NCBI GenBank assembly: GCA_965203315.1
Contig: OZ241857.1
Coordinates: 1,568,001-1,632,000 of the forward strand
DNA: 64,000 bases
Reading direction: 5' to 3'
From: Nitrosopumilus sp.
GTDB taxonomy: Archaea > Thermoproteota > Nitrososphaeria > Nitrososphaerales > Nitrosopumilaceae
Shown here: piece by piece, positions 63,428-64,000 of the stretch
Layout of the letters: every line of letters starts with the position of its first letter
How positions within the stretch are numbered: the first letter of the stretch is position 1
The notes under the pieces: generated by a model
Told to the model about the DNA's origin: nothing
Databases searched by the model: none
Seen by the model: only the letters and a program-made list of their open reading frames with translations
Translations under genes and position numbers: made by a program

Positions 63428-63999
63428 TATTTACTACCTCTTGACTCTAACATCTCTTTCACCTGATCAGTTAAATTCGCAATATGCGTCTTTTCATCTA
63501 CCATCTTGATGGCTTGTTTTGCCTTTAATAATCCCTCTGTCGATTCACAAGAGATGACTATCCATCCATTCTGTCCTATGGTTATCACAGCACCTGTGGC
63601 CATCTCGATGGTTTGAATCATCGATCCACGTTTACCAATAAGACGTGGAACTTTGCTAGGTGATATTGTGACTAGTACACCAGAGTCAATCTTTCCAAGA
63701 TCTCTGTCTGCAATGGTAACTAGTGGATCACGTGTACGATCAAAGTTGGCGATACGAGCGGCAACTAGATCACCAGACTTGAGTTTTGAAACTAGATCAT
63801 CTGCATGTGCTGAAAAGTCACGTCCAAAGACATCTTGAGCTGGTAGAAATCCGACATAACAAGAGTTGATATCCAACTCCCAAGATAGTGATGTGTGTGA
63901 TATAATCTTCCCAATAACTAGATCATTGATCTTTGGCATGTATTTACCAGTCAATGGAATGACTCTTACAGAGTTGTCATAAATCTCAGAGATACCAAC
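63427..63999 (-). CDS. rrp4: Exosome complex RNA-binding subunit Rrp4 (5'-partial)
   Basis: S1 and KH domains (VPRLIGKRGSMI, GQNG); frame open to the window edge. Confidence 0.94.
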   Translation of the reverse strand, partial: VGISEIYDNSVRVIPLTGKYMPKINDLVIGKIISHTSLSWELDINSCYVGFLPAQDVFGRDFSAHADDLVSKLKSGDLVAARIANFDRTRDPLVTIADRDLGKIDSGVLVTISPSKVPRLIGKRGSMIQTIEMATGAVITIGQNGWIVISCESTEGLLKAKQAIKMVDEKTHIANLTDQVKEMLESRGSK

Positions 64000-64000
64000 A

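Noticed and set aside
969-63838. Numerous antisense or alternate-frame ORFs in the track (e.g. 969-1340, 26817-27278, 31570-32031, 56007-56522)
   Set aside because: They are shadows of well-supported genes and carry no recognisable motifs
1-64000. CRISPR array, cas genes, rRNA
   Set aside because: No regularly spaced repeats seen; the repeats found are dispersed IS ends or MITEs

Overview
Low-GC archaeal chromosomal segment whose genes point to an ammonia-oxidising thaumarchaeon (Nitrosopumilaceae-like). It carries 3HP/4HB-cycle genes (4-hydroxybutyrate-CoA ligase, 4-hydroxybutyryl-CoA dehydratase, methylmalonyl-CoA mutase and epimerase), plus ppdK, PolB, Hef/XPF and the exosome-prefoldin-Pcc1 operon. 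AT-rich accessory patches (about 0-0.9, 3.2-4.8, 8-17, 21.9-24.1, 37.7-45.4, 46.4-47.5 and 58.1-61.0 kb) interrupt the core. They hold six full-length IS elements (IS6, two IS5/IS903-type, two ISL2/PIF-Harbinger-type, IS630), each with readable terminal inverted repeats and target-site duplications. Three MITE families, related to three of these ISs, also occur. Removing the insertions by eye restores an AbiEii toxin (hit by an IS5 nested in an IS6), a ~718-aa helical-repeat plus PD-(D/E)xK-like protein and a DUF5131 protein. Main observations: (i) most predicted toxic effectors are broken while the AbiEi and wHTH/UPF0175-like antitoxins are intact; (ii) two otherwise divergent antitoxin paralogues share a 123/125-bp identical tract in inverted orientation 22 kb apart; (iii) MITEs bracket the accessory genes, including a direct MITE pair around a TIR-domain gene; (iv) a SemiSWEET-CBS fusion and an apparently catalytically dead secreted SNase. 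No CRISPR array, rRNA or convincing tRNA was seen. All family calls come from motif recognition by eye, not database searches.
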